In this document: positions 1 to 11,600 of the stretch, piece after piece
Numbering within the stretch: the first letter of the stretch is position 1
Layout of the letters: every line of letters begins with the position of its first letter
From: Phoronis australis
Taxonomy: Eukaryota; Animalia; Phoronida
Direction of reading: 5' to 3'
DNA: 64,000 nucleotides
Assembly: GCA_002633005.1 (NCBI GenBank)
Contig: NMRA01000059.1
Span: forward strand, 4,853-68,852
Program-made: the position numbers and the translations under genes
Notes under the pieces: model-generated
Databases searched by the model: none
What the model was told of the DNA's origin: nothing
What the model saw: only the letters and a program-made list of their open reading frames with translations

Positions 1-170
1 AGGTGATAAAGGTCATGACCCACACAATGCCACAGGATGTAGAGCAGTAGGTGATAAAGGTCATGACCCACACAATGCCACAGGGTGTAGAGCAGTAGGT
101 GATAAAGGTCATGACCCACACAATGCCACAGGGTGTAGAGCAGTAGGTGATAAAGGTCATGACCCACACC
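1..170. repeat. 48-bp tandem repeat, about 3.5 copies (truncated by window edge)
   Basis: aggtgataaaggtcatgacccacacaatgccacagggtgtagagcagt recurs at 1, 49, 97, 145. Confidence 0.95.
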
Positions 171-1242
171 AGTGTAGGCCGGGGCAGTTGCGAATTTGTG
201 ATTTTAGGTAGAAAATGCCAAAATCGCAATTTCTTGGTATCTCACCATTTTTTCCAGTGGATGCAACAAGGCAAGAAGAAACGGTTTGATCATCTAGTGT
301 GCTTTCTATACTTTACGATTTTTTTCACCTGCCTTGAGACAGGGTGTAAACAAGGGCTTATTTGTTGACCCAGGCCAGTGATAACGTCAGCCACTCGTAC
401 TGTGGTCATTTCATGAAACGGACCGGCGCACTTCACCCAACTCGAAAGCATTTTTATTGCATCCATACTCTGACGAGGCATGTACTTTAAATAGCCCAAC
501 AATATAAACCGTCTGGTGAATGCAAACCTCCATCAACTCATTCATCCCATCGTCACGCTATTGCACAAACGGTTTTCAAACGTTGAAATAACCACAGCCT
601 TTCAACACACGTCATTTACGCGTGCTCTACGAGCGTGCTAACCAACGCGTTGAATCTGTCGAGGGAAATACGGCCATGTAATAATGTTTTCCGTATTCAC
701 CTAGCTCCCGCACTAGGCCTACTTCAACAGTGACCTCTGACATGGAAAGTTCAAAAGGTAGGCCAATGTCCACTCGACGTCGATAGCCGGTTAGATCATC
801 AAACTTTTGGAAAACAGCTTAAAGTAATACAATTATAGCAGTGTAAATATCACTCAACATGCAATCAGGTCTCAATCGTAACATCTGGAACAGGACTGTT
901 AATTATATGACAGTTCTGTCTCAGTTTCCAATTTCTATATATTATATCGTCTGCAACTCAGGCACCGATTCCTCGCCAATATCAAACATTGTGGTTTTTT
1001 AACTGTTTTCAGGAGATGTTACAAGTCCAATGCAAAGTTACCGTTGTTTTCATCTTTATTATCTCTTTTCAAGTAACAAATCGTTACATTTAGAACTGTT
1101 TCTTTTACTAAAGAAAACTTGCAACCTAACGCGCAAGTACATACATATAGTATGTGTTCCGCCACGTGAACAGTCAGAGTGAAGTATTTTAAAAAATTGC
1201 AAAAAGTGAAAGAAACTTAGGAATTCGAAGCGTATGGGATAA

Positions 1243-1396
1243 ATACAAAACGTACCTCGATTGGCGTACATGAAGTAATATCCCACCCGACATTATTCCT
1301 CGTATCAACCTCGACCTTCGGTCTCGTTCCGTACGCCGAATAATGTCTCGTGGGATATTACTTCATGTACGCCACTCTCGGTACTTTTTGTGTATG
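1243..1396. mobile_element. Palindromic non-autonomous element (MITE-like hairpin)
   Basis: ggcgtacatgaagtaatatcccac...gacattattc (1263-1298) is the near-perfect reverse complement of gaataatgtc..gtgggatattacttcatgtacgcc (1338-1373); pairing extends outward imperfectly. Confidence 0.6.
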
Positions 1397-1946
1397 TATA
1401 CATTCCGGTGCTCAGTTTAATTGAACAATCACAACTAGGGACTCAACTATTTCCCTTAAATCTAGTGCGTGTTCGTAGAAAACAATGATTTTCCTTTCTT
1501 ACGCTGTTTTAGTATCATAACCAAGTCAATTTTTCATTTGATACAAATCCAGAGTGAACTCTACGTTGAACTATCGATGTTATTGGAAATGAGAAGGGAT
1601 CTTTGCATGTAACGTCCCTAATTTAAGAACTAAGACCATATTTATTTTTATTGAACTACAGGGTCATTTGATACAGGTAAAATCATAGAAAACGATTAGA
1701 TCTGTGAGTAAAGAACGACACAAATACACAAAAGATTTATGATTTTCTCCCGAATTGGACTGCCCGAGACAACTGATTCTGGCAACGCACCTCAATTCGT
1801 TTCGGAGAAATTCAAGATTTTTATGAAGTCCAGTGGCATACTTCACATTACGTCTGCTGCTAACGAACTGGCTGAAGTTTTGTACAGTCCTTCAATCTGT
1901 CTATGAAGCAGGCCAAGGGTGAGGCAGGACAGGTGTTGCAAGCGCT

Positions 1947-2075
1947 TTACGCAGCACAAGCTAGGTGCTCATCTCTACGCAGCACAAGCTAGGTGCCCAT
2001 CTCTACGCAGCACAAGCTAGGTACTGTACGCAACACAAGCTATGTGCTCTACGCGCAGCACAAGCTAGGTGCTCA
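1947..2075. repeat. Degenerate ~26-bp tandem repeat
   Basis: tacgcagcacaagctaggtg core repeated about 5 times. Confidence 0.85.
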
Positions 2076-2445
2076 TATCTTCACCTTATTTGCGTAATAC
2101 GTGCGGATAATTTAAACACTGTTGTTTTGCAAATGGCATGTATGGCGTAGGCCTATGGTTATTTACCATTTTCATTTTTTACAGAGGGATTTCTAATCCT
2201 GTGGCTCATCGAAATAAACAGCAGACACTATGTACGTGCCTCATTCCTATGCATCATACCACCCCCCTATCCCTCCAATTACCCATAAATTATCGGCAAG
2301 TAACCAAAGATGAAGGTAATGACAGTCTGTTTTAATACGAAACTAACTTTTAGCTGAGTCGAGGAGAGCTGAGATCCATGTGTTTAGTGAATTTTGAGTG
2401 AATTCTCGAGCGAATGCGACACGAACCCAGTTAGCTCACGCTCAC

Positions 2446-2624
2446 CTCATTCGCTACAGTAAGATGTTTGCTTTCCTCGTATGACCACCCCTCTGTACAC
2501 GGCACCTCACTGTTGTCATCGTAAATCATACACGATGAGAACGAATTTGTCTCGTTATTCCATGGAATGTGGGTTGCTATGGAAACATTCTTTGGAACAA
2601 TGCAGTGGTGCGAGCTGGCAGTAC
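2446..2624 (-). CDS. SLC22-family organic cation/anion transporter, coding exon 2 (extracellular loop)
   Basis: tttcAG acceptor; (G)TASSHHCIVPKN...SFSSCMIY...PCTEGWSYEESKHLTVANE, then GTGAG donor. The Cys/GWxY/TVxE pattern is the SLC22 loop that normally precedes WDLVC; phase 1 matches exon 1. Confidence 0.85.
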
Positions 2625-2636
2625 CTGAAAAACAAT

Positions 2637-2938
2637 CCAAACTTGTTTCACTTTACACCTGTCCACACGTCCATGATAACAACCTATCTAATTAAAACTC
2701 ATTACGCAATGTTAAACTTGTTTCACTTTACACCTGTCTACACGTCCATGATAACAACCTATCCAATTAAAACTCATTACGCAATGTTAAACTTGTTTCA
2801 CTTTACACCTGTCTACACGTCCATGATAACAACCTATCCAATTAAAACTCAATACGCAATGTTAAACTTGTTTCACTTTACACCTGTCTACACGTCCATG
2901 ATAACAACCTATCCAATTAAAACTCATTACGCAATGTT
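2637..2938. repeat. 75-bp tandem repeat, 4 copies
   Basis: aaacttgtttcactttacacctgtctacacgtccatgataacaacctatccaattaaaactcattacgcaatgtt x4; explains the 25-aa repeats in ORF 2481-2996. Confidence 0.95.
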
Positions 2939-3063
2939 TATGAAATCAAACAAACAGTCCAAACTGTATTCGACAAAGATTTTGCATATTCTCTAGCATT
3001 GTACAGTCCTACTTGCAAACTATTCATTCTGGAGAATAGGTTCGTCATTGGTCTCTAGAAGCA

Positions 3064-3750
3064 TGTAGATGTAAAAAAATCACTTACTTAGAGACGTGGT
3101 TGGTTGTTAGCAGACGTTTCGACCTGGTCCGCCAGGTCTTTGTCGATGAATGAGAGATTTCCCGCCTTTCGCTCGTTAAGAATGCTGGAGTACACGGGGG
3201 TAAGTGGAGTCCTCTGTCCCGGTTCAGGAGGGGGCGTTGACTGTTGAAGTTTATGACATCTTTGAGCTTACGAGTATGCCAATTTTGGTCCTTGGCTAGG
3301 ATCCTGGATGACGCAAGAGAGATGGTGTGCCCAGGCGCCAAAATATGTTCCCCCACAGCTGTTGGTCTGTCTAGTTTCAGATGTTCTTTGAATCTGGTAA
3401 GGAACGGTCTCTTGGTTTTTCAAATGTAAATGTGTTGGGATCCTGGTCACATTTCAGCTGGTATATGACCCCACATTGTTTAGCCATCGGGGTTGGATCT
3501 TTGGGCCTGACTAGTAGCTAGGGAACGGAGGGTGTTGATAGGTTTCATGAAAGAGGAAATTCCGTGGGTTTTGTAGGTGTGTTGTAGGCGTTCAGATATT
3601 CCTCTTATGTATGGGATGGCAACGGAGGGACCATCGAGTTTTTCAGCTGATTTAGAATTAGGGGGGTCAGTAAACATCTGGTATCCATTAGCTCACAAAG
3701 CATCTTCAACGTGGCCGATCTCTTCGACATAGTCACGGTAGTCACTGATA
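3064..3750 (-). mobile_element. Penelope-like retroelement 3' fragment (linker + GIY-YIG endonuclease, decayed)
   Basis: IPYIRGISERL..KPINTLRS, GVIYQLKC, RFKEH, EHILAPGH, LNRDRGLHLPP motifs with frameshifts. Confidence 0.9.
3112..3150 (-). ncRNA. Degenerate minimal hammerhead ribozyme of the Penelope pLTR
   Basis: Minus strand reads tcGAcaA a GACCTGG cgga CCAGGTC GAAACGTC: perfect 7-bp stem II followed by GAAA and GUC; the CUGANGA box is mutated. Confidence 0.55.
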
Positions 3751-3759
3751 TATCAATCA

Positions 3760-4470
3760 GGTAACCTTGCCGTTCTTGCAAACACGTATTCTATAATGGC
3801 TCCATCAAAATCAAGATCTACAGCAAACCGACACATACGGACCAATACCTCCAGTTTTCTTCCAACCACCTCTTAAAGCACAAACATTCAGTCGCCCGTA
3901 CCCTCCTGGATAGAGCTGACCCTTACATCACTGACTACCGTGACTATGTCGAAGAGATGGACCACGTTGAAGATGCTTTGCGAACTAATGGATACCAGGA
4001 ATGGATGTTTACTGACTGGTTACTCCGTTGCCATCCCATTCATAAGAGGAATATCTGAACGCCTACAACACACATAAAGAACCCACGGAATTTCCTCTTA
4101 TATGAAACCTTTCAACACCCTCCGTTCCCTACTAGTCAGACCCAAAGACCCAACCCCGATGGCTAAACAATGTGGGGTTATATATCAGCTGAAATGTGAC
4201 CAGCATCTCAACCACACCTACGTTGGAGAAACCAGATTCAAAGAACATCTGAAACTAGACAGACCAACAGCTGTGAGGGAACATATTTTGGCGACTGGGC
4301 ACACCGCCTCTCTTGCGTCATCCAGGATCCTAGCCAAGGAACAAAATTGGCATACTCGTAAGCTCAAAGAGGTTATAAACATCAACAGTCAGCGCCCTCT
4401 CATGAACCGGTTCGAAACGTCAGCTAACAACCAACCACGTCTCTAAGTAGGTGACTTTTTTACATCTACA
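3760..4470 (+). mobile_element. Penelope-like retroelement fragment (RT C-terminus + GIY-YIG), inverted partner of 3064-3750
   Basis: YSKPTHTDQYLQFSSNH..HKHSVARTLLDRA and KPFNTLRSLLVRPKDP..CGVIYQLKCD..YVGET.RFKEH. Confidence 0.92.
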
Positions 4471-5043
4471 AACTATTCATCGTTTGCGAGTTCGGAGAAT
4501 GTAGACATTACAAGATGTTATTGAGGAGTGAAACTAACGTCGTAAATGACTCATAAATCAAAGTGATAATTGCTCTAAGCATCCAAGAAGCCAACTTGTT
4601 CCTTACTCAGATCAACAAAGGATTTCTGGGTTTACAAAGAGCTGATAGTTTTTATTCCTTGAGACCATCGTCGCTACTTAATTCGTCACGCCATGATAAG
4701 CAACGTAGTCTCGAGCAATGACCAACTATCTATAGGAAGCCATCATTAAAATCCCTTCTAGTTTTACTAGAGAACATTTTTACATCATTTCACGTAAGCG
4801 ATGATCTATCGCCGCCACATGACAACTATTTAGAATGTCTTCAGTCTTTGAGAGTTCAAATAAAATGTTGGTATCAACAAAAAGTCTCTTGAAACACAAG
4901 TCTTTTAGAACACACTACTCACTGAGTAATTTCCTTAAGGCACACAAAAACACAAATTCTTCAGGAGGAGAGGTTACGAGCACTTCACTCCATTGTCGCC
5001 ATGGATTATTATATAGAATCCAGGCACTGTATAAACAAACACA

Positions 5044-8000
5044 CTAAATCAGGCGATCAGGTCTTTTAACACGACGAGGAGATCCTGGAGAGTCTGAAGG
5101 CATAGCCACTACACACTGTTTAGGAACAACACAAGTAGGTGGCGCATGAGAGGTGACCTTCGATGACATGGTTCTTGCTGTAGGATCAGTTGTTATCGGT
5201 GGCATCTCCCTAAGATGACGGCGGTCCTTCTACAAACTCCAGACTTAGTCTCAATTAGATATGATCTTGGCGGGTTCACTTCACTGCGGACGATTCCCTT
5301 TCTCACTATGTGTCTTGACTAAGACAGGCTCTCCTAGTTGAAGCGGTTGAAGTGGCTTAGCACCATGATGTCGGTTACAGGACGTCGAAGATGTCGCCTT
5401 GTACTTCTGATCTTTGGCAAGGATCTTCTCTCGGTTTGGCTCTAGTGTTGAGGACGGAACAGGTAGTGTAGTTCTCAAATGTGTTTCTACTGTGAGCTGT
5501 GATGGACTAGCTCATGTTGCTGCAATCGAGGTGTCTCGGTAGACCATCAAGGAAAACCAGGGGTCATCTTGGCTCAACATAGTTTTATCTGTTTGGACAG
5601 CTCTCTCTGCTTCCCCGTTGGAATTAGGAAGTTAAGGAATAGAGGTAACATGACGAAAATTGTACTTAGATGCAAACTCTCTGAAATCCACGGGCGTAAA
5701 TTGCGAACCATTGTCAGATACGACCTCGGTTGGGACACCGAATCGAGCTAATACGTCCTTTATGCGGCAGATGACGGCTGTAGCGTTTGTTGAACTGAGG
5801 GCGAGAATCTCTATCCAACGTGAGTAGTAGTCACACATCACTAGGTAGTTCTTGCTTTTGAAGAAGAACAAATCAACCCCGAGTCGCTGCCATGGACCCT
5901 GTGGCAATGGAGTTGTCATAAGAGGTTCACGCTTTTGGGTTGGTTTCTTCGCTGTACAGTGACTACACAATTTAACAGTCCTCTTTATATCATTGGTGAT
6001 ACCAGGACACCACACACCTAGCCGTGCTCTCTCGAGACACTTTGTCACTCCCTGATGGCCGTCATGGATTCTGTCTAGTATTTATGGTCTCATACCATTG
6101 AGGAACGACGATCCTTGAATTGAAGACTATCAGACCATCAGTGACAGACAGTGATGCACGATGTGCATATAGACTCTTCAAGCTTTCAGGAACATCTCTT
6201 TCATACCTCGGCCAACCAGTTAGGGTGTATACGATGGCTGACCTCAGACGTTGCTTTACGGATGTTCATCTTCTTGTCGTGTGTAACTGGCAGGCTTGAC
6301 CCCATTGACTGTACATGTAGTTGAACATCTTGGTCAGTTGAAGAGTCTTTTAGGGCGAGAGGGCTTCTTGATAACGCATCAGACACGTGTGACATCATGT
6401 CTCATCAGTCTCATTAGAAGCCTCTGGCAGCGTAGTGGTACTTCATCCAGGCTCTTGGAGTTGATAAGAGGGACAAGAGGCTTGTGGTCGGTATATATTG
6501 TGACATTGCTGTGCCCACAGATATAGCGGTCAAACTTTTCGCATGCCCACACACTCGCCAAACATTCTTTCTCAATCTGGTCATACTTCTGTTCACTCTG
6601 TGTGAAGGTGCGAGAACAAAAGGCTATTGGCTTAAGAATGCTGTCCTGCTGCTGTAACAACACACCACCCAGACCATAAGAACTGGCATCAGCGCTTAAA
6701 ATAATTGGCTTTGTCACATCAGAGTAAGACAAGATGAGAGTTGATGCAATAAGCTGTTTCGTCCTTTTAAACGCTTCTTCTTAGGGCGCATCCCAAGTCC
6801 ATTGGCGGTGTGACTTCAGTAGATCATTTAGTGGACCGGTGATAGAGTTCAGGTCAGGTAGATATGAACAAAGGTAGTGTACCATTCCCATGAACTGATG
6901 AACTTGAGTGACTGACTTGGGCGGCTGCATTTGTAGGATGGCTGTAACCTTGCCTGGGTCGACCCGTATTCCATTCTTACTGAATAGGTGACCTAGGAAC
7001 TTCAGATCTTCTTTCCTGGACAAGCATTTATCTTGATTAAGCTTTAGGCCAGCTCGGTGAAGGGTTTCAAAGACCTTTGACAACCTAGCGTCGTCTTCGG
7101 CAGCATTCGCACCATACTCCAAGATGTCGTCCATATACACAAACACGCCGTCCAGGCCCTCTAGCACTTCTAGCATTTTCCTCATGAAGATTTCCGGGGC
7201 AGAGGTTATGCCGAATGGAAAACGACGGAAACAATAACGCCCAAATGGGGTTATAAAAGTAGTTAAGTCCTGGCTCTCTTCTGATAGAGGGATCTGGTAT
7301 AAACCACTCGCTGCGTCAAGACATTTGAAAATTGTTGCTCCCAGGAGTTTCGAAGTCACATCCTCTAGGGTTGGCAGGACGAATCTTTCTCGTTGGATGT
7401 TCACATTCAACTTCTTTAGATCGACACAGAGTCTGACTTTGCCCGTTTTTTTCGAGACAGGTACCATCGGGGCACACCACGGCGTAGGACGAATTACAAT
7501 ATTGAGGATTACAAGTTTGGTAAGACGGTCAATCTCCTCTTTCACTTTCTTCTCAAGTGGAAACGGAATACGTCGAGCTACGTTTAGGGCATATGGCTGG
7601 GCATTGTCCTTCAGGGATATCTTGACTGGGTCAGTATTGAGAAGTCCTTTATCTTCAGTATCTTCGAACGATAAGGTTCATCTGACTGGCTACTACCCGG
7701 CCAAGAAGACTTTCAACTTTTCCATCAACCACTACCACACGAAAATGACAATTCTGTCCCTTGAACACAGTTCTTGCGATGAACTGTCCTCGACAACTAA
7801 GAGGACCGCCAGGGCTTGACAGCTTAGCCTTGATATCTTTCAGAGGAGGTCTTGGCTTGATCTTGAGATAGTGGGAGTACGACATGATGGAGACATCAGC
7901 GCCGGTATCTATCTTGAATGTTTCTGAAGAGTTGCCCAAGGTGAGGGTCACCTTCGAAGCGAGGTCGCTATAATCACAGTTTACGGCGCCTAGGAAGTAG

Positions 8001-8865
8001 TCAAGTTACTGCAGCAAAGAACTGATCAGCCTGTTGGTTGTCCTCCTCTTCGTAAACTTCATTTACTTTGTTGTTACGGCATACGGAGGCGAAGTGACCC
8101 TGTTTCGAACAGAACCGACATATTTTCCCTCTGGCAGGGCAGGCTTCAGGCCCAGGGGATCTATGGACATAACCACAATTAGGGCATTTCTTCTTCCCCG
8201 ACTGGTCTCCACTAGATTGTTTGGAGTTGGATTGGCTCTGACACTGGTGTGATGATTTCTTGGGCGATTTTTTTCTGCCCCCCTTTTCACGAAACTGACA
8301 GATACACCTTCACTCTGGTCAGACTGGACAAGTTCTTTGTATCGAGCTGTGTCTGTGGCCTTAGAAAGTGTCAGGTTTTCCTGTTCCATTTGAAGATCAC
8401 GCGACAACTCTTCGTCGGTCATCCCTGAGATAAGACGGTCTCGAATATGTTTATCTTCTTTTTCGCAGAAATTACAATGAGCTGCTAGTTCATGTAGACT
8501 TCTAACAAAACTTTCAACTGACGCATCCTGCTGTTGGCTGCGTTGATAGAATTTCGTTCTCTCGTGGATAGTGTTTTGCGTGGTACAAAATAGTCCTCGA
8601 ATTTCTGCAGAACCGTATTGAAATCGTCTTTTGGATCTGGTGGATTTGGCACTTCCTCTGTTGGAACAGGTGTTTCAAATTTGAATGACTTGAAGATGTG
8701 TTCGGCTTGACGACACATCGTATACACAAGTGCAGAGACTTGTACATCACTTTTTTCATCCCTGATTTTCTGTAGAATGTAGTAACGCAAAAACCTGGTT
8801 TTCCAGTCTAGCCATGACGATGGTTTCGAGAAATCAAATGGTTCCGGTGCTTGATATTTAGGCAT
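5044..8865 (-). mobile_element. Ty3/Gypsy LTR retrotransposon gag-pol pseudogene (Mag/K02A2.6-like)
   Basis: gag MPKYQAPEPFDFSKPSSW from 8865; protease FKIDTGADVS; RT PWCAPMV..VRLCVD..FGITSAPE..YMDD; RNase H ADASSYGLGGVL..TDHKPL; integrase GHQG..CSHC..PWQRLGVDLF..DYYSRW..SDNG; ends RVKRPDRLI-stop at 5044; many frameshifts and stops. Confidence 0.96.
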
Positions 8866-9275
8866 TGTGGACGATATGGTAGTGCTACACACACACAATG
8901 ATTGACAGTACAAAGTAGTAGCAGATATTGACAGTTCACGAACGAGCTAGTCTATAGATTTGACGATCAGTGATACGGACAGTAATGACACAAATTCGAC
9001 TTGACTGATGTGATGACTTGACTTTAAGACTTGACAAGGAAACGGGAGATGATCGTACCTTTCCAGTTATCATTTTTGTGCCGACTGACACGCAGGGAAT
9101 GCTCAATTGACGATATGACAGCTGTGTACGTAGACAATGTGGTCACAAACAAGTGATGATTTCATCCACAAAAATCTACCTTTTCATTCGACCATCCACC
9201 TTCAAACTATAGTCCTAAGTGTTCTCTGAGGCTTTATCTTCCGTTTTCAGTGATTTTCATTTAGTATTTCGAAGC

Positions 9276-9293
9276 ATCCCACTTCTGACACCA
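9276..9293 (-). promoter_or_regulatory. Primer-binding site complementary to the 3' end of tRNA-Leu
   Basis: Minus strand TGGTGTCAGAAGTGGGAT immediately after the LTR terminal CA. Confidence 0.85.
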
Positions 9294-9467
9294 TGTTTTA
9301 AGGCTACCAAATGAATGATGATAAAACCACGTTCAGGTAGTTTACATGAAACCGGAAGTACAGTATTTATTTGCTGCGGGATTGACGTCAATACAAAATG
9401 GCGACTGCCATTGGCTAATAAAATCAAAAATACGAAAACTAAAATATATCAAAAATAATATAACACA
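9294..9467 (-). mobile_element. Probable 5' LTR of the Gypsy element
   Basis: Minus strand TGTGTT...AAAACA abutting the PBS; contains minus-strand AATAAA. Outer boundary uncertain because no 3' LTR is present for comparison. Confidence 0.6.
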
Positions 9468-10045
9468 TCTGAAACTCCCTCTCTTCACTTAATTTGTTTT
9501 ATTTTAATTGACATATTTTCATGAATAATCTGGGTTGAGGAAGATGCAATGCTATCAAAAATAAATGAAGTTCACAAACAGTGAAATCTGGAATCATTTA
9601 CACGTCTGATGGCGAGTAGCCATCTACCCTAGGTACTTTGCCTTGTGTATACAAAGAATCATTTACATGTCTGGTGACGAGTGGCCTTCGATCCTGTGCA
9701 TTTAGGATTAGCCATGTGTACACAAAGAATCATTTACACGTCTGATGGCGAACGACCTTCCAATCCCTTAGCCACTTAGACATATGTATACAAACCAATA
9801 CAACTTAAGTTGGCTTTGTAAAGTAGACAGCTTGTACAATTTAATACCAGTGTTTATGCCAATCTGTCAATCGCCTGATGGTATCTTTTAGTAAAATGTA
9901 GTACAAAAAAGGGCCACATTCACAATAAAACAATGTTATCCATTAAGATATCAAAATATCTTTTAATCTAAAATTATAAATAAAGTCTTAAAAAAACGCT
10001 TTTCATAAATTATATTGCTTCATTTTATACAACTTCGCAACCTTC

Positions 10046-10252
10046 ATCATGGAAGTCACAATCTCCATATCGTTTTATCATGGAAGTCACAATCTCCATA
10101 TCGTTTTATCATGGAAGTCACAATCTCCATATCGTTTTATCATGGAAGTCACAATCTCCATATCCTTTTATCATGGAAGTCACAACCTCCATATCGTTTT
10201 ATCATGGAAGTCACAATCTCCATCTCGTTTCATCACGGAAGTCACAATCTTC
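10046..10252. repeat. 31-bp tandem repeat, about 6.5 copies
   Basis: tcatggaagtcacaatctccatatcgtttta. Confidence 0.95.
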
Positions 10253-10999
10253 ATAGCATTTATGTAAAAAGAAACAGCTTAAAATAGTTCCTGTAGCACT
10301 TTGGAGAAGTGTGCATGAATTGTTTCAGGTGAGTTACAGTTCAATGGCGCCAGATATTTCTAAAATACTTTCCGAAGTTGGGGCTACAGACCATGTCTTA
10401 CGCCATTGTGTTTCGATCAAACTTTTGAATTAAGCCACTTACCGTTATGCAACTCTTTAATCAACATCAAATCTCAACTCTGTATTTACACCAACTTCTA
10501 GCTTGTATTCGTTGGAATGACGTTTCAGTCGGCTACGTGTTCACTTGTTACAGCGTTCTTAGAAGAACAGTCACCGGTGTATGATACAAACACGGTATAC
10601 ATTTGGATTATGTTCTAGTACGCGACGGGGTTTGAACCTGGCACCTTCCATCCCTTAGTTATACTTACATATATTTTGTTGCCTAAGGAGTGTAAGTCAC
10701 GTGTCGCTTAGATGCTTGCAAGGTTGATTGATGATATTGCCGTGTAGCTTCTTATATATAGCTTCTTTGACCTTTCATTTACTGAGACCAGCATATTTTA
10801 CCGTTATTCCGGATGTCGTCATTTTGGCCACACATGCTCTGCAGCATTACTTGTGTTCAGTATTCCTCAGTGGTTTCCAATGGTCTGCCGAGCTCCATCG
10901 ATATAGGATCCACCACATTCACACGGAATTTGATAGGTGACGTTCTTCTTTTCTTCCACACCCCACCCCATGACTGTCTCCGGTTTGATTTTTGGCATT

Positions 11000-11111
11000 G
11001 GTCACGCTTTGTGGGGGTATCGTGCTACACAGTATGGTCACGCTTTGTGGGGGTATCGTGCTACACAGTATGGTCACGCTTTGTGGGGGTATCGTGCTAC
11101 ACAGTATGGTC
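11000..11111. repeat. 36-bp tandem repeat, 3 copies
   Basis: ggtcacgctttgtgggggtatcgtgctacacagtat. Confidence 0.95.
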
Positions 11112-11458
11112 CTGGCGAAAGAGGAACACTGGACCCCTGCACGGTCATCAACTTAATCTTTGAGAAAACCAAGAAACCAATCATGAGCTGAGACCTCACA
11201 ACACTGTACTACTTCAAGTTCCGTGTCACTAAGTAAATCACCAACAACCAGTCATTCGTTGAAAGAGGGGAGCGTGGAATGCGGTTCGAAACATTCGAAC
11301 GATCAATGCGTCGCAGTGACCATGAAACAATTATTTCCTATCACGATGAGATTAGTTTTGTAACAGTGGGTGAAATCAATGATGTTCTACTTCAGAAAGG
11401 TGGGTCTGTGATAGCTTTTAGTAGATCTATGCATGACGTCACATAAAAAGTTACTTAC

Positions 11459-11600
11459 CGATGAAAACTGTGATGAGCATGGTGAACGCATAAGGACATA
11501 CAAGTAGGATCATGACAGAGAAGTAGACCATCATCTGCCAACGTGAATAACCACCCAGTTCTCCCATGATACGATCGATCTCTTTGTCGGAAACAACCAT
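11459..11600 (-). CDS. SLC22-family transporter, coding exon 1
   Basis: ATG at 11600: MVVSDKEIDRIMGELGGYSRWQMMVYFSVMILLVCPYAFTMLITVFI-G|GTAAGT. Typical SLC22 N-terminus (D..L..LG..G..Q, TM1); not in the ORF track in this frame. Confidence 0.88.

Noticed and set aside
1-2445. SLC22 exon 3 (WDLVC)
   Set aside because: No matching exon seen; it presumably lies left of the window
2481-2996. 171-aa plus-strand ORF
   Set aside because: Made of a 75-bp minisatellite plus the antisense of SLC22 exon 2
3016-4480. caaactattcat as the TSD of the Penelope pair
   Set aside because: The left copy is ~37 nt away from the element end, so it is not a clean TSD
7325-7819. 164-aa plus-strand ORF
   Set aside because: Antisense shadow of the Gypsy pol region
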